A DNA stretch of 64,000 nucleotides from Candidatus Kuenenia stuttgartensis. GTDB taxonomy: Bacteria > Planctomycetota > Planctomycetia > Pirellulales > UBA1268. The stretch spans positions 4,795 through 68,794 of the forward strand of contig CAMBSN010000001.1 of assembly GCA_945870505.1 (NCBI GenBank), read 5' to 3'. Positions within the stretch are counted from its first letter, which is position 1, and every line of letters begins with the position of its first letter. The notes beneath the pieces are model-generated. The model made no database searches and was not told the origin of the DNA. It saw nothing but the letters and a program-made list of their open reading frames with translations. This document shows positions 45,376 through 54,166 of this stretch, in pieces. A program made the translations under genes and the position numbers.

Positions 45376-45816
45376 ATGCGTCGCATCGCGTCATCGATCC
45401 TGCTCGTCTGCCTTCTCATCCTGGCGCGGCATGCCAGCGCCACCGACACCGCCGTGGCCGAGCCAGCCGTCCCGGCGATCGACCCGGCTGACGCACGCGG
45501 CCACGCCGGCGAGGAGTGCACGGTCGAGTTCACCGTCGAGTCCGCCCGCAAGCTACCCGGCAAGGCCGTCTGCTTCCTCAACTCCTGCCGCGACCACCGC
45601 GACGAGAAAAACTTCACGGTCATGATCTTCAAGGGCGGACTCGACCGTCTGAAGGCCGACGGCATTGAGAGCCCCGCCGAGCATTTCGAGAAGGCGACGA
45701 TCCGTGTCCGCGGCGTGATTGAGGATCGGGATGGTCGCCCCCAGATCGTCGTCGAGGAACCCGGACAGATCACCATCGTGGAAAAGGTCGAAGAACCTGC
45801 GGCCGCGAGGGAGTGA
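45376..45816 (+). CDS. Secreted hypothetical protein (possibly OB-fold-like), upstream partner of the nuclease gene
   Basis: Signal peptide MRRIASSILLVCLLILARHASA. Pattern GEECTVEFTVESARKLPGKAVCFLNS...FTVMIF...ATIRVRGVIEDRDGRPQIVVEEPGQI. Its stop is 1 nt before the SNase start. Confidence 0.45.
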   Translation: MRRIASSILLVCLLILARHASATDTAVAEPAVPAIDPADARGHAGEECTVEFTVESARKLPGKAVCFLNSCRDHRDEKNFTVMIFKGGLDRLKADGIESPAEHFEKATIRVRGVIEDRDGRPQIVVEEPGQITIVEKVEEPAAARE

Positions 45817-45817
45817 C

Positions 45818-46399
45818 ATGAGGGCGCCTGCCCGCCGCTTCGTGCTTCCGCCGCCTCCGAGGGGCATGCCCCGACGGCTTCGCATGTGGTACGCGGTGGC
45901 AGCAGCGGTCGTGTCGGCGGTCGTGGCCGCCTCGGCGCCCTTGTGCCCGGCGACCGACGCCCAAGGGAGACCCGCCTGGCGGGTCGAGATGATCAACGAC
46001 GGCGATACCGTCACCTGCCTCGACACCGAGGGGCGGCGGGTGCGGGTGCGGCTCGTGGGCATCGATGCCCCGGAACTCGACCAGCCGACGGGCCGCGAGT
46101 CGCGGGCGGCCCTCGTGGCCAAACTCGCCGGCGGCCTGGTGCAGGTGGAAGGCGACGCCCGCGACCAGCACGGCCGACTGCTCGGCACACTCCGCCTCGA
46201 CGATCGCGATCTCAACCGGGAGATGGTGGCCGAGGGCTGGGCCTGGGCGTTTACGGGGTTCGCAGAGGATAGCGACCTGATCGCCGCCGAGTCAGCGGCC
46301 CGCCGGGCGCGCCGCGGCGTCTGGGCCGACCCGCAGCCGCTGCCACCGCGACAATGGCGGGAACTCCACCCGCCCCACTCGGGCCCCGGTTCGTATTGA
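45818..46399 (+). CDS. Secreted thermonuclease (staphylococcal nuclease, SNase family)
   Basis: INDGDTVTC, VRVRLVGIDAPELDQP, DQHGRLLGTL, NREMVAEGWAWAF, ARRARRGVWAD. N-terminal hydrophobic signal. Confidence 0.8.
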   Translation: MRAPARRFVLPPPPRGMPRRLRMWYAVAAAVVSAVVAASAPLCPATDAQGRPAWRVEMINDGDTVTCLDTEGRRVRVRLVGIDAPELDQPTGRESRAALVAKLAGGLVQVEGDARDQHGRLLGTLRLDDRDLNREMVAEGWAWAFTGFAEDSDLIAAESAARRARRGVWADPQPLPPRQWRELHPPHSGPGSY

Positions 46400-46459
46400 T
46401 TCCCCGGATTCGCTCCCCGCCCTTCCCCGCCACGCCTCCGCTGGTTTAGCGTCACGCCC

Positions 46460-47725
46460 ATGAGTTCGCCGAACGACATCGTGATCACGGGCCTCGGTGT
46501 CGTCAGCCCGATCGGCATGGGCCGCCAGGCATTCTGGAGTTCCATGGTCGCCGGCAGCAGCGGCATCCGGCCGCTCACGAGCTTCGACGCCTCGGGCCTG
46601 GCAGTCCAGTTCGGCGGTCAGATCGTGGACTTCGATCCCAAGCTTGCCGTGCGGCCCCGCAAAAGCCTCAAGGTGATGAGCCGCGACATCCAGCTCGGCT
46701 TCGCCGCCACCGACCTGGCGATCGCCGACGCGGGACTCGTCCCCGGCGCCGTTGCCCCGGAGCGGTTCGGCATCGTCTTCGGCAGCGACATGATCTACGC
46801 CGACATCGAGGATCTGGAGGGTACGTACCGCCGCTCGGTCGTCGATGGCCGGTTCGACTACTCGCGCTGGGCCGAGGCCATCCAGCAGGAGGTGCATCCC
46901 CTCTGGCTCCTCAAGCACCTGCCCAACATGACGGCGTCGCACGTGGCGATCGCCCACGATGCCCGCGGCCCCAACAACTCGATCGTCCTCGGCGACGTCT
47001 CAGGACTTCTGGCGATCGCCGAGGCGGCAAGCGTCATCCGCCGCGGCTGGGCCGATGTGATGCTCGCCGGTGGCACCGGCTGCCGGCTCCATCCGACGGC
47101 GATGGTGGCCCGGGGCGCCGCCCAACTCTCGCACCGCGGCGACGACTTCGAAGCGGCTTCGCGGCCCTTCGACCTCGACCGCGACGGCCTCGTCAATAGC
47201 GAGGGCGCGGGCACGATCGTCCTGGAATCCCGCAGCCACGCCGAGCGGCGCGGGGCCACGATCCTCGGCCGGGTGCTCGCCACAGCATCTCGCTGCGAAC
47301 CCCGCGCCCGGTGGCACGGGTTCAGCGGCAGTTCGCTGCGGCAGGCGCTCCGGGCGGCCCGCGAGGCGGCTGGCCTCGCGGTCACCGACGTGGGCCACGT
47401 CAACGCTCACGGCCTGTCCACCGTCGACATGGACCGCGCCGAGGCGGCCGCGATCGTCGCCGAGCTCGGCGACGTGCCGGTCACCGCGCCAAAGGCGGCC
47501 TTCGGTCATCTCGGGGCCGGTGGCGGCGTGGTCGAGCTGATGGCGAGCGTGCTTGGGCTCGAGGCGGGCGTGGTGCCAGTCACGCGGAACTACCGGACAC
47601 CCGACCCTGCCTGTCCCGTCAACGTGGTGAGCGGAGAGCCGCTCGCCGGCCGCCCCGCCACCGCCATCGCGGTGAATGCCTGCACCACGGGCCAGGCTGT
47701 CGCCGTGGTGATCGCCGGGGCGTGA
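46460..47725 (+). CDS. Beta-ketoacyl-ACP synthase II (FabF)-like protein with Asp replacing the active-site Cys
   Basis: IVITGLGVVSPIG, GPNNSIVLGDVSGLLAI...ADVMLAGG, VNAHGLST, PKAAFGHLGAGGG. An ungapped by-eye alignment to E. coli FabF places D at the C163 position. Confidence 0.8.
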   Translation: MSSPNDIVITGLGVVSPIGMGRQAFWSSMVAGSSGIRPLTSFDASGLAVQFGGQIVDFDPKLAVRPRKSLKVMSRDIQLGFAATDLAIADAGLVPGAVAPERFGIVFGSDMIYADIEDLEGTYRRSVVDGRFDYSRWAEAIQQEVHPLWLLKHLPNMTASHVAIAHDARGPNNSIVLGDVSGLLAIAEAASVIRRGWADVMLAGGTGCRLHPTAMVARGAAQLSHRGDDFEAASRPFDLDRDGLVNSEGAGTIVLESRSHAERRGATILGRVLATASRCEPRARWHGFSGSSLRQALRAAREAAGLAVTDVGHVNAHGLSTVDMDRAEAAAIVAELGDVPVTAPKAAFGHLGAGGGVVELMASVLGLEAGVVPVTRNYRTPDPACPVNVVSGEPLAGRPATAIAVNACTTGQAVAVVIAGA

Positions 47726-47764
47726 CCTGCGAGGGTCACACCGGCGACGCTGGTAAGGATCGAA

Positions 47765-49189
47765 TCACCACGAGCCGTTGAAGCCGAACGACAAGCCGTT
47801 GGCGAAGGTCTGTCCGCCGGTGTTGATCACGCCGGTACTACGCTGGTCGAGGTTGAACTGCTTGATCGAGGAGGCAATGCCTGCCACCCAGAGAAAGTCG
47901 TAGCCGACCTGGAGCGAAAAGTTGGGCTTGATTTGCCAGCCGGCTAGGAGCGTCAGGTCGCCGATGAAGCCGGCCGTCGTTTGGTTGGCAGATTGCGTGA
48001 ACGAGAAGGCACCCTGGGCAAAGGGCTGCCCGTCAGGCCGCGTGGGCGAGCCGGTGGTGTTGATGCCGTAGGCCTCCTGGCTCATGCTGTCGAACGCGAT
48101 GCAGGGCGCGGCACGCCCGCGGAGGCCCCAGTAGTAGAACTCGCTCTGGCTGATGAGTTCGCCGCCGATGTTGAGGCCCAAGAGCCAGTTGTCCGTGTTG
48201 ATCACGTAGTCGCCGCCAAACTGCGTGCCAGACGGTGTCCCGGCCACGGGATTACTGCTCAGGATTCGGAAGTACTCGGTGGTATTCGCCAGCCGAATGC
48301 CCGTGATCAGCGCGGGGAGCCAGCCGCGTTCGGCATGCCGAATCCAGTTGCCGCCCGGCGACATCACCATCTGATCGCGGCCGAGCCGGCGGCGGAGTTT
48401 GTAGTTCCACTCCCAGCTGTTGAGGTCGGAGCGGAACCAGGTGTCGTAGGTACCAGCACCGTTGAAACCAGGGGCATTGTAACCCATGGGGGTTTCAAAG
48501 CCTCGGCCACCGAGGGAGTTGAAGCCAGAGTGATTGCTCCAGGCCAGGCCGCCGTAGTAGACGAACTCGAAGGCCCGATCCCGGTCGAGGTAGTCGCGAC
48601 CAAGCGACTTGCCGATCGTCACCCGGGCACCCGGCGCGACGTTGAACGGATTCGCCCACGTCGTGTACTGGGGAAACTTAAAGCCCAATCGATAGGGCAG
48701 CGGAACGGTGTCCGTGGCGATCGGTGTGCGAATCTCGCGGCTGCGTTCCATCCACAGCGATTCGCCGCCGACATACCAGCCGCCGTTCCAGAACCAGCGG
48801 CCGGAACTCGCCTCGAAGGGCATCTCATCGACGTTGAAGTCGTCCATCAGCATGCCGTCGAGGCCCTGCGACGAGACGTCGAGCACCCGGGGCTCGCCGG
48901 CCGACTCGGCCACCGATTCGATGATCGGGGGACCTGAATCATTGACCATGGCACCGTCGGCGAGGATCGATTCGACCTCTCCCGAGATCGACCCACCGGC
49001 GTCGGGATCGAGCATGATCCGGTCGTCGATGATCATGGCCTCGGGGGCCGCGTCACTGGCATCGGACAGAACCGCCGGCATGGCGGCGGGATCGATCCCG
49101 TCAGCGGCATGCAGCCCCTGTGAGCACACGCTGCCCCAGGCTGTCATGGTTGCGAGAACGATCAGTCGGTACTTCAGGCGAGTGGTCAC
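47765..49189 (-). CDS. Outer-membrane beta-barrel protein (BBP7-like)
   Basis: Signal peptide (LIVLATMTAWGSVCSQGLHA). Alternating aromatic/Gly-rich strands. C-terminal GLSFGFNGSW ends in an aromatic residue. Confidence 0.55.
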   Translation of the reverse strand: MTTRLKYRLIVLATMTAWGSVCSQGLHAADGIDPAAMPAVLSDASDAAPEAMIIDDRIMLDPDAGGSISGEVESILADGAMVNDSGPPIIESVAESAGEPRVLDVSSQGLDGMLMDDFNVDEMPFEASSGRWFWNGGWYVGGESLWMERSREIRTPIATDTVPLPYRLGFKFPQYTTWANPFNVAPGARVTIGKSLGRDYLDRDRAFEFVYYGGLAWSNHSGFNSLGGRGFETPMGYNAPGFNGAGTYDTWFRSDLNSWEWNYKLRRRLGRDQMVMSPGGNWIRHAERGWLPALITGIRLANTTEYFRILSSNPVAGTPSGTQFGGDYVINTDNWLLGLNIGGELISQSEFYYWGLRGRAAPCIAFDSMSQEAYGINTTGSPTRPDGQPFAQGAFSFTQSANQTTAGFIGDLTLLAGWQIKPNFSLQVGYDFLWVAGIASSIKQFNLDQRSTGVINTGGQTFANGLSFGFNGSW

Positions 49190-49449
49190 GGTCGGCCTCT
49201 CTCGGTGGCGGTTCGATCGGATGCGGAATAACCATCACGATCGACAGGTTCATCGTCCTCGGCACGACCGCTTCCACAGTAAATTTCCGCAGGGTCGTTC
49301 ATTGCTTGCCTCATTTACCAGGGATCCCGCCCTTTCTCTTCCCAGCCGGCCAAGAGCCGCTGGCCCTCCAACCGGAACATCCCATTCGACCGCGTCACAG
49401 GAGGCTGCGGTCATCGGGAGGGGTGGCTCGATTCGATGACAGGGGCACC

Positions 49450-49725
49450 ATGGCACCCACGACACTCACGCGGCAGCACCTCTTGCTCGCCGGCCTGCTC
49501 TTGTTCTTCGCGGGCATCCAGTTCCGGATGGTCCAGTCGTTCACGCTCAACGAGAAGTCGAGCACGTTCGTCGCGGCGCGCATGGGGGCCGGTCCGCAGG
49601 CCGCTGCCTGGCAGTCAGCTCCGCTCCGCAAGGTTGTGGAACCGCCGCGGTGGCTGGGGCTCGCGCTGATGTCGGCCGGCGCGGTGCTGACAGTCAAGAG
49701 CCTGTCAATGCGCGGCTCCGCCTGA
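49450..49725 (+). CDS. Small two-helix membrane protein (91 aa), hypothetical
   Basis: HLLLAGLLLFFAGIQF ... EPPRWLGLALMSAGAVLTV. Similar layout to 26806-27051. Confidence 0.4.
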   Translation: MAPTTLTRQHLLLAGLLLFFAGIQFRMVQSFTLNEKSSTFVAARMGAGPQAAAWQSAPLRKVVEPPRWLGLALMSAGAVLTVKSLSMRGSA

Positions 49726-49769
49726 CGGTCACGCACGTGCCGATAGCCAACCCTCTCCTCCGTAGCCCG

Positions 49770-50042
49770 TCAGTCGTCGTCGCCCGGCGACGCCTGCTCG
49801 TCGGCGAAGGGGTTGAGGATGCAGGCCTCCTCGCCAAGGACGTCTTCCTCGTCAGGGTCGCAGACGAGAGCAAGCAGGGCGTTTTTCTCGCTCTCGGAAA
49901 TCTCGGCCCGACGAAAACTCCGCAGGATCTCGGGCACGGGATCGGCGAGCGACCCGTCCAGCTCGATCCTGACGCGACCGTGCACGAGGCCGCGACGGCC
50001 AGCGAACAACTCGCAGAGCGAGACAAGATCTTCCCGGTTCAT
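49770..50042 (-). CDS. Small acidic hypothetical protein (90 aa)
   Basis: About 80 percent G/C at third codon positions in this frame (counted by eye). Acidic C-terminus DPDEEDVLGEE...ASPGDDD. No motif recognised. Confidence 0.35.
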   Translation of the reverse strand: MNREDLVSLCELFAGRRGLVHGRVRIELDGSLADPVPEILRSFRRAEISESEKNALLALVCDPDEEDVLGEEACILNPFADEQASPGDDD

Positions 50043-50185
50043 GCGCGTACCTTCCTAGTGGCGGACGGAACTGACAACTCTACGGCGGTCGCCGGAGAAA
50101 AGTTCGCCTCGCGTGGCCGCCGGGCCGTGGAGCGAATGGACGAGTGGACACATGGCAGCGGCCTTACACGTACGAGGTGATTCCC

Positions 50186-51229
50186 ATGGAAGCGACACGA
50201 ACGAGGGTTTCCCCGGCGATCGACTGCCTCGTGACGGGCGGCACCGGCCTCGTGGGCAACAACGTGATCCGGATGCTCGTGGACCAGGGCCGCCGGGTGC
50301 GGACGCTCGTCCGAGAACGGTCTGGCGACCGCGAGTTGGCCGGCGTCGACGTGGAACGGACCGTTGGCGACGTGACCGATCCGGAGGCCGTCCGGCAGGC
50401 CGTTGCCGGGGCCCGTGTGGTGATCCACTCGGCGGCGATGGTGCACGTCGGCTGGCGACGGCTCGCTGACATGCGTCGGGTGAACGTCGAGGGCACCCGC
50501 CTCGTTGCCGAAGCAGCCCGACGGGAAGGGGCAAGGCTCGTCCACGTGTCGAGCGTCAACGCCCTGGGCTTGACCGGCAACGCCACCCCTGCCGACGAGG
50601 AGATTCCGTTCGGCAACACGATCGAATGCCCCTACGTGGTCACCAAGCGCGAGGCCGAGCAGGTCGTCCTCGACGAGGTGGCCCGCGGCCTCGATGCGGT
50701 GATCGTCAATCCCGTTTTCATGCTCGGTCCCTGGGACTGGAAGCCTTCAAGTGGCCGGATGCTCATGGAGGTGGCAGCGGGGCGAGGGTTGCTCGCGCCC
50801 CCCGGCTCCCAGCACTTCGGCGACTCCCGCGACATCGCGGCCGGGATCGTCGCGGCGATGGGGAAAGGGAAGCCGGGCCGCCGTTACATCCTCGGCGGCC
50901 ACCATCTTCGGTTCATCGACGCCTGGACGCTGTTTGCCCAGGTGTCCGGCTGCCGCCCTCCCCGGGGCGAGGCACCGCTCCGCGTGGTACGGTTCGCGGG
51001 CCGCGTGGGAGACCTGATCTCCGGTTGGGTCGGCCGCGAGGGGCCGCTCAACTCGGCCGCCGCGAGCATGTCGCTGTTGTGCCAGCACTACTCCAGCGAC
51101 CGGGCCATCTCAGAGCTGGGCTACTCGATCCGCCCACTGGAGGAGTCAGTCGAGACGGCCTGGCGGTGGTTCATCGACAACGGCTACGCCAAGCCATCGA
51201 AGAGCCCGACGCGAAGGAGGGCGTCTTAA
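50186..51229 (+). CDS. NAD-dependent epimerase/dehydratase (extended SDR) family protein
   Basis: Rossmann motif LVTGGTGLVGNNV, HSAAMV, YVVTKREAE (YxxxK). Start ATG 50186. Confidence 0.8.
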   Translation: MEATRTRVSPAIDCLVTGGTGLVGNNVIRMLVDQGRRVRTLVRERSGDRELAGVDVERTVGDVTDPEAVRQAVAGARVVIHSAAMVHVGWRRLADMRRVNVEGTRLVAEAARREGARLVHVSSVNALGLTGNATPADEEIPFGNTIECPYVVTKREAEQVVLDEVARGLDAVIVNPVFMLGPWDWKPSSGRMLMEVAAGRGLLAPPGSQHFGDSRDIAAGIVAAMGKGKPGRRYILGGHHLRFIDAWTLFAQVSGCRPPRGEAPLRVVRFAGRVGDLISGWVGREGPLNSAAASMSLLCQHYSSDRAISELGYSIRPLEESVETAWRWFIDNGYAKPSKSPTRRRAS

Positions 51230-51247
51230 GCCGCGGAAAGCCAAAAA

Positions 51248-51321
51248 TGGGCGATATAGGACTCGAACCTATGACCCCCAGCTTGTCGAGCTGGTGCTCT
51301 AACCAACTGAGCTAATCGCCC
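51248..51321 (-). tRNA. tRNA-Val (anticodon GAC)
   Basis: The reverse complement GGGCGATTAGCTCAGTTGGTTAGAGCACCAGCTCGACAAGCTGGGGGTCATAGGTTCGAGTCCTATATCGCCCA folds as a cloverleaf. Acceptor GGGCGAT/ATCGCCC, D arm GCTC/GAGC, anticodon stem CCAGC/GCTGG with loop TCGACAA, T arm ATAGG/CCTAT with TTCGAGT. No encoded CCA. A T-tract follows. Confidence 0.85.
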
Positions 51322-51486
51322 GCGGGTGCACTTTGTGCATGATGAGTCTCGCGCCCAAACTGGGGCGAGTCAAGCGACGACAAGCCGGGCGGCGGGAAAC
51401 CACCATCTCCGCTTGTCGCCCGCTCGAGAGGGCGGATACGCTCGGGATCTCACCCAAAAAACATCCTTGCAGCGGCTTTCTGCACC

Positions 51487-53508
51487 ATGCTCAACGTTCG
51501 CCTCTCCGACGGCACGGTTCGCCAGTGTGAGTCTCCCGCCCGCGTCACCGACGTCATCGGGGCCGGATCGACCGGCCCAAGCAGCCCGAAGGAGGGTCGT
51601 GGCCGCCCGATCGCGGCGGTGCTCGACGGCAAGACCGTGGGCCTCGACGCCCCGCTCCCAGCCACCGGTACGGTCGATCTGGAGCCCCTCTATGCGGGTG
51701 ATGCCCGGGCACTCCCGGTGATGCGGCACTCCGCGGCCCACGTCATGGCCCGCGCGGTGATGCGACTGTTCGAGGGCGTCGAACTCGCCTTCGGGCCCAC
51801 GGTTGGCGAAGGGTTTTATTACGACATGCGGGCGTCCCGCCCGATCACCGACGAGGATCTCCCGGCCATCGAGGCCGAGATGAAGCGGATCATCGAGGCC
51901 GACGAGGCCTTTGAGCGGGTCGAGGTGCCGCGGGAGAAAGCGGTGGAGATCGTCCGCGGTCTCAACCAGCCGCTCAAGGCCGAGCACATCGAAACGGGCC
52001 TCGCCGCACATCCCTCCCTCTCCTTCTACCGCCAGGGCGAGTTTGTCGACCTCTGCCGTGGGCCCCACGTGCCGGGCCCGGGCTGCATCGGCGCCTTCAA
52101 GCTCACCAACATCGCCGGCGCCTACTGGAAGGGCGACGCCAACAACGCCCAGCTCCAAAGGCTCTACGGCACCGCCTGGTTCTCGCAGGCCGACCTCGAC
52201 GCGCATCTGGTGGCCCTGGAAGAAGCCCGCCGCCGCGACCACCGACTGCTTGGCAAGCAGCTCGATCTCTTCACCACCAGCCCACTGGTCGGGTCGGGGC
52301 TCATACTCTGGATGCCGAAGGGCGCCGTCCTCCGCGGCACCCTCGAGAGTTTCGTGCGGGAAGAGCTCGCCGCCCGCGGCTATCAGCCGGTCTACACGCC
52401 CCACATCGGCAAGGTCGATCTCTACAAGATCTCGGGCCACTATCCCTACTACGCCGACAGCCAGTTCAAGCCGATCGTCATGAGCGACGACGAGCAGTAT
52501 CTGCTCAAGCCCATGAACTGCCCGCACCACACGATGATCTACAAGGCGCGGCCGCACAGCTATAAGGACCTTCCCTTGCGACTGGCCGAGTTCGGCACGG
52601 TCTACCGCTACGAGCAGTCGGGCGAGCTCGGCGGCATGACGCGGGTGCGGGGCTTCACGCAGGACGACGCCCACATCTTCTGCACCCACGAGCAGGTGGA
52701 GCAGGAGGTGGAGGGCTGCATCAACTTCACACTGAAAGTCCTCGAGAGCTTGGCCTTCGACAACTTCCGGGTCCGTCTCGGGTTCCGCGATCCGGCGAGC
52801 GACAAGTACGTGGGGCCGCCCGAGCGGTGGGACGAGGCCGAGACGGCCATCGAGCGGGTGGCCCGGCGAATGAACCTTCCCGGTTGCGAGCCCGAGCCGG
52901 GCGAGGCGGCCTTCTATGGCCCGAAGATCGACTTCGTGATCAACGACTCGCTCGGCCGCGAGTGGCAACTCGGCACGGTGCAACTCGACTACAACCTGCC
53001 AAGTGCCGAGCGATTCGACCTCGAATACATCGGGGCCGACAACGCCAAGCACCAGCCGGTGATGATCCACCGGGCGCCGCTGGGGAGCATGGAACGCTTC
53101 GTGGGAGTGCTCATTGAGCACTTCGCGGGCGCCTTCCCGCTCTGGCTGGCGCCCGAGCAGGTGCGGGTGATTCCCGTGAGCGAGAAGAGTGAGGGCTACG
53201 CCCAGCAGGTGAAGGCCCGGCTCGAGGCCGCTGGCCTTCGGGTCGGCGTCGATCTCGCGGCGGAAAAGCTCGGGGCCAAGATCCGCACGGCCCAACTGGA
53301 ACTGATCCCGATGATGGTCGTCTGCGGCCCGCGGGACGAGGCGGCCGGCACGGTGAGCCTCCGCGACCGCGTGGACGGCGACCTCGGTGCCATGACCCTG
53401 GAGGCGGCGGTCGAGCGGCTGCGCGACGAAAATGCCCGGCGGGCGGTCCGCCATCGTCCCAAGCCTTTAGCGATCGGCGGATCGCAGGCTCTGGCGGCCG
53501 ATTACTGA
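51487..53508 (+). CDS. thrS: Threonyl-tRNA synthetase
   Basis: N-terminal TGS-like domain, editing-domain motif RHSAAHVMA, class II core (FRDPASDKY... region, RAPLGSMERF), and a C-terminal anticodon-binding domain. 673 aa. Confidence 0.93.
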   Translation: MLNVRLSDGTVRQCESPARVTDVIGAGSTGPSSPKEGRGRPIAAVLDGKTVGLDAPLPATGTVDLEPLYAGDARALPVMRHSAAHVMARAVMRLFEGVELAFGPTVGEGFYYDMRASRPITDEDLPAIEAEMKRIIEADEAFERVEVPREKAVEIVRGLNQPLKAEHIETGLAAHPSLSFYRQGEFVDLCRGPHVPGPGCIGAFKLTNIAGAYWKGDANNAQLQRLYGTAWFSQADLDAHLVALEEARRRDHRLLGKQLDLFTTSPLVGSGLILWMPKGAVLRGTLESFVREELAARGYQPVYTPHIGKVDLYKISGHYPYYADSQFKPIVMSDDEQYLLKPMNCPHHTMIYKARPHSYKDLPLRLAEFGTVYRYEQSGELGGMTRVRGFTQDDAHIFCTHEQVEQEVEGCINFTLKVLESLAFDNFRVRLGFRDPASDKYVGPPERWDEAETAIERVARRMNLPGCEPEPGEAAFYGPKIDFVINDSLGREWQLGTVQLDYNLPSAERFDLEYIGADNAKHQPVMIHRAPLGSMERFVGVLIEHFAGAFPLWLAPEQVRVIPVSEKSEGYAQQVKARLEAAGLRVGVDLAAEKLGAKIRTAQLELIPMMVVCGPRDEAAGTVSLRDRVDGDLGAMTLEAAVERLRDENARRAVRHRPKPLAIGGSQALAADY

Positions 53509-53536
53509 GACCCGCGGCCACCGGGCCGACGATGCC

Positions 53537-53905
53537 ATGCCTCGTTTTGCCCTGCTCGAACACACCGGGGCCCCAGACGATCCGACAGGCCGGCACGTCG
53601 ATCTGCTGGTGGAGGATGGCGACCAGTGCCGCACCTGGCGGCTGGCCGACCTGCCGCATGCTGATGGGCCCGCCGTCACGGCCGTGGAAATCGCCCCTCA
53701 CCGCCTGGCGTGGCTCGACCACCTCGACGGGCCCGTCTCGGACGGCCGTGGCCACGCCCGCCTGATCGATTCGGGCACATGCCGAATGGTGACGCACCAA
53801 GGCGACGCCGTGATCCAGATCGAGAGCGGTGCCACGGCCGTTTTCCTGAGAATTCGCGACGGCATGTGCGCCGCCACGCGAGAGCAGCCTGAACGGCCAT
53901 TCTGA
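53537..53905 (+). CDS. Hypothetical protein resembling the LigD_N (polymerase/ligase N-terminal phosphoesterase-like) fold family
   Basis: RFALLEHTG...GRHVDLLVEDGDQCRTWRL...HRLAWLDHLDGPVSDGRGHARLIDSG recalls the FxxxxH..HxDLxLE..G.L.SW...H...YLxxEG pattern. Recognition is by memory only. Confidence 0.4.
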   Translation: MPRFALLEHTGAPDDPTGRHVDLLVEDGDQCRTWRLADLPHADGPAVTAVEIAPHRLAWLDHLDGPVSDGRGHARLIDSGTCRMVTHQGDAVIQIESGATAVFLRIRDGMCAATREQPERPF

Positions 53906-53924
53906 GCCCTGGCTGATTTCATCA

Positions 53925-54021
53925 GAAATGCGCTGTTTCACCGGAAATGCGAAACACATTCGCAACTCTAGGGAAATCATTTCGCCAATCTTGCGAATTC
54001 TTTCACCAATGTTGCGAATTT
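53925..54021. promoter_or_regulatory. Cluster of short repeated motifs in a low-GC intergenic region (candidate operator/enhancer sites)
   Basis: GAAATGCG occurs twice (53925-53932, 53944-53951). ATTCGCAA at 53958-53965 is the inverted form of TTGCGAAT at 53991-53998 and 54012-54019. The latter two sit in an 18-nt direct repeat C(G/A)CCAAT(C/G)TTGCGAATT(C/T) at 53983-54000 and 54004-54021, spaced 21 bp apart. Confidence 0.45.
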
Positions 54022-54150
54022 CGACATTGTTTAGACCTGATGAGCGACACTCTTTAGGGGGGACTCTGAAAAACAGAAATCGGCGTTTTGCACGAACAAA
54101 ATCGGATTGGCGGTCTTGCGCCGCCCAAAAATCACCAGATTGGTGAGCCT

Positions 54151-54166
54151 CGGCGCGCCGTTTGCA
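54151..54166 (+). promoter_or_regulatory. Candidate sigma-54 (-24/-12) promoter for the PEP-CTERM gene
   Basis: CGGCGCGCCGTTTGCA compared with consensus TGGCACG-N4-TTGCA. The GG and GC dinucleotides have correct 12-nt register, with two mismatches. About 60 nt upstream of ATG 54227. Confidence 0.3.

Noticed and set aside
49650-50180. 176-aa plus-strand ORF overlapping the small acidic minus-strand ORF
   Set aside because: The minus-strand frame (49770-50042) has the GC-rich third positions expected of coding sequence. The plus ORF looks like its shadow and would overlap the SDR gene's upstream region.
51370-53454. 694-aa minus-strand ORF opposite thrS
   Set aside because: Shadow ORF. The plus strand encodes a complete ThrRS.
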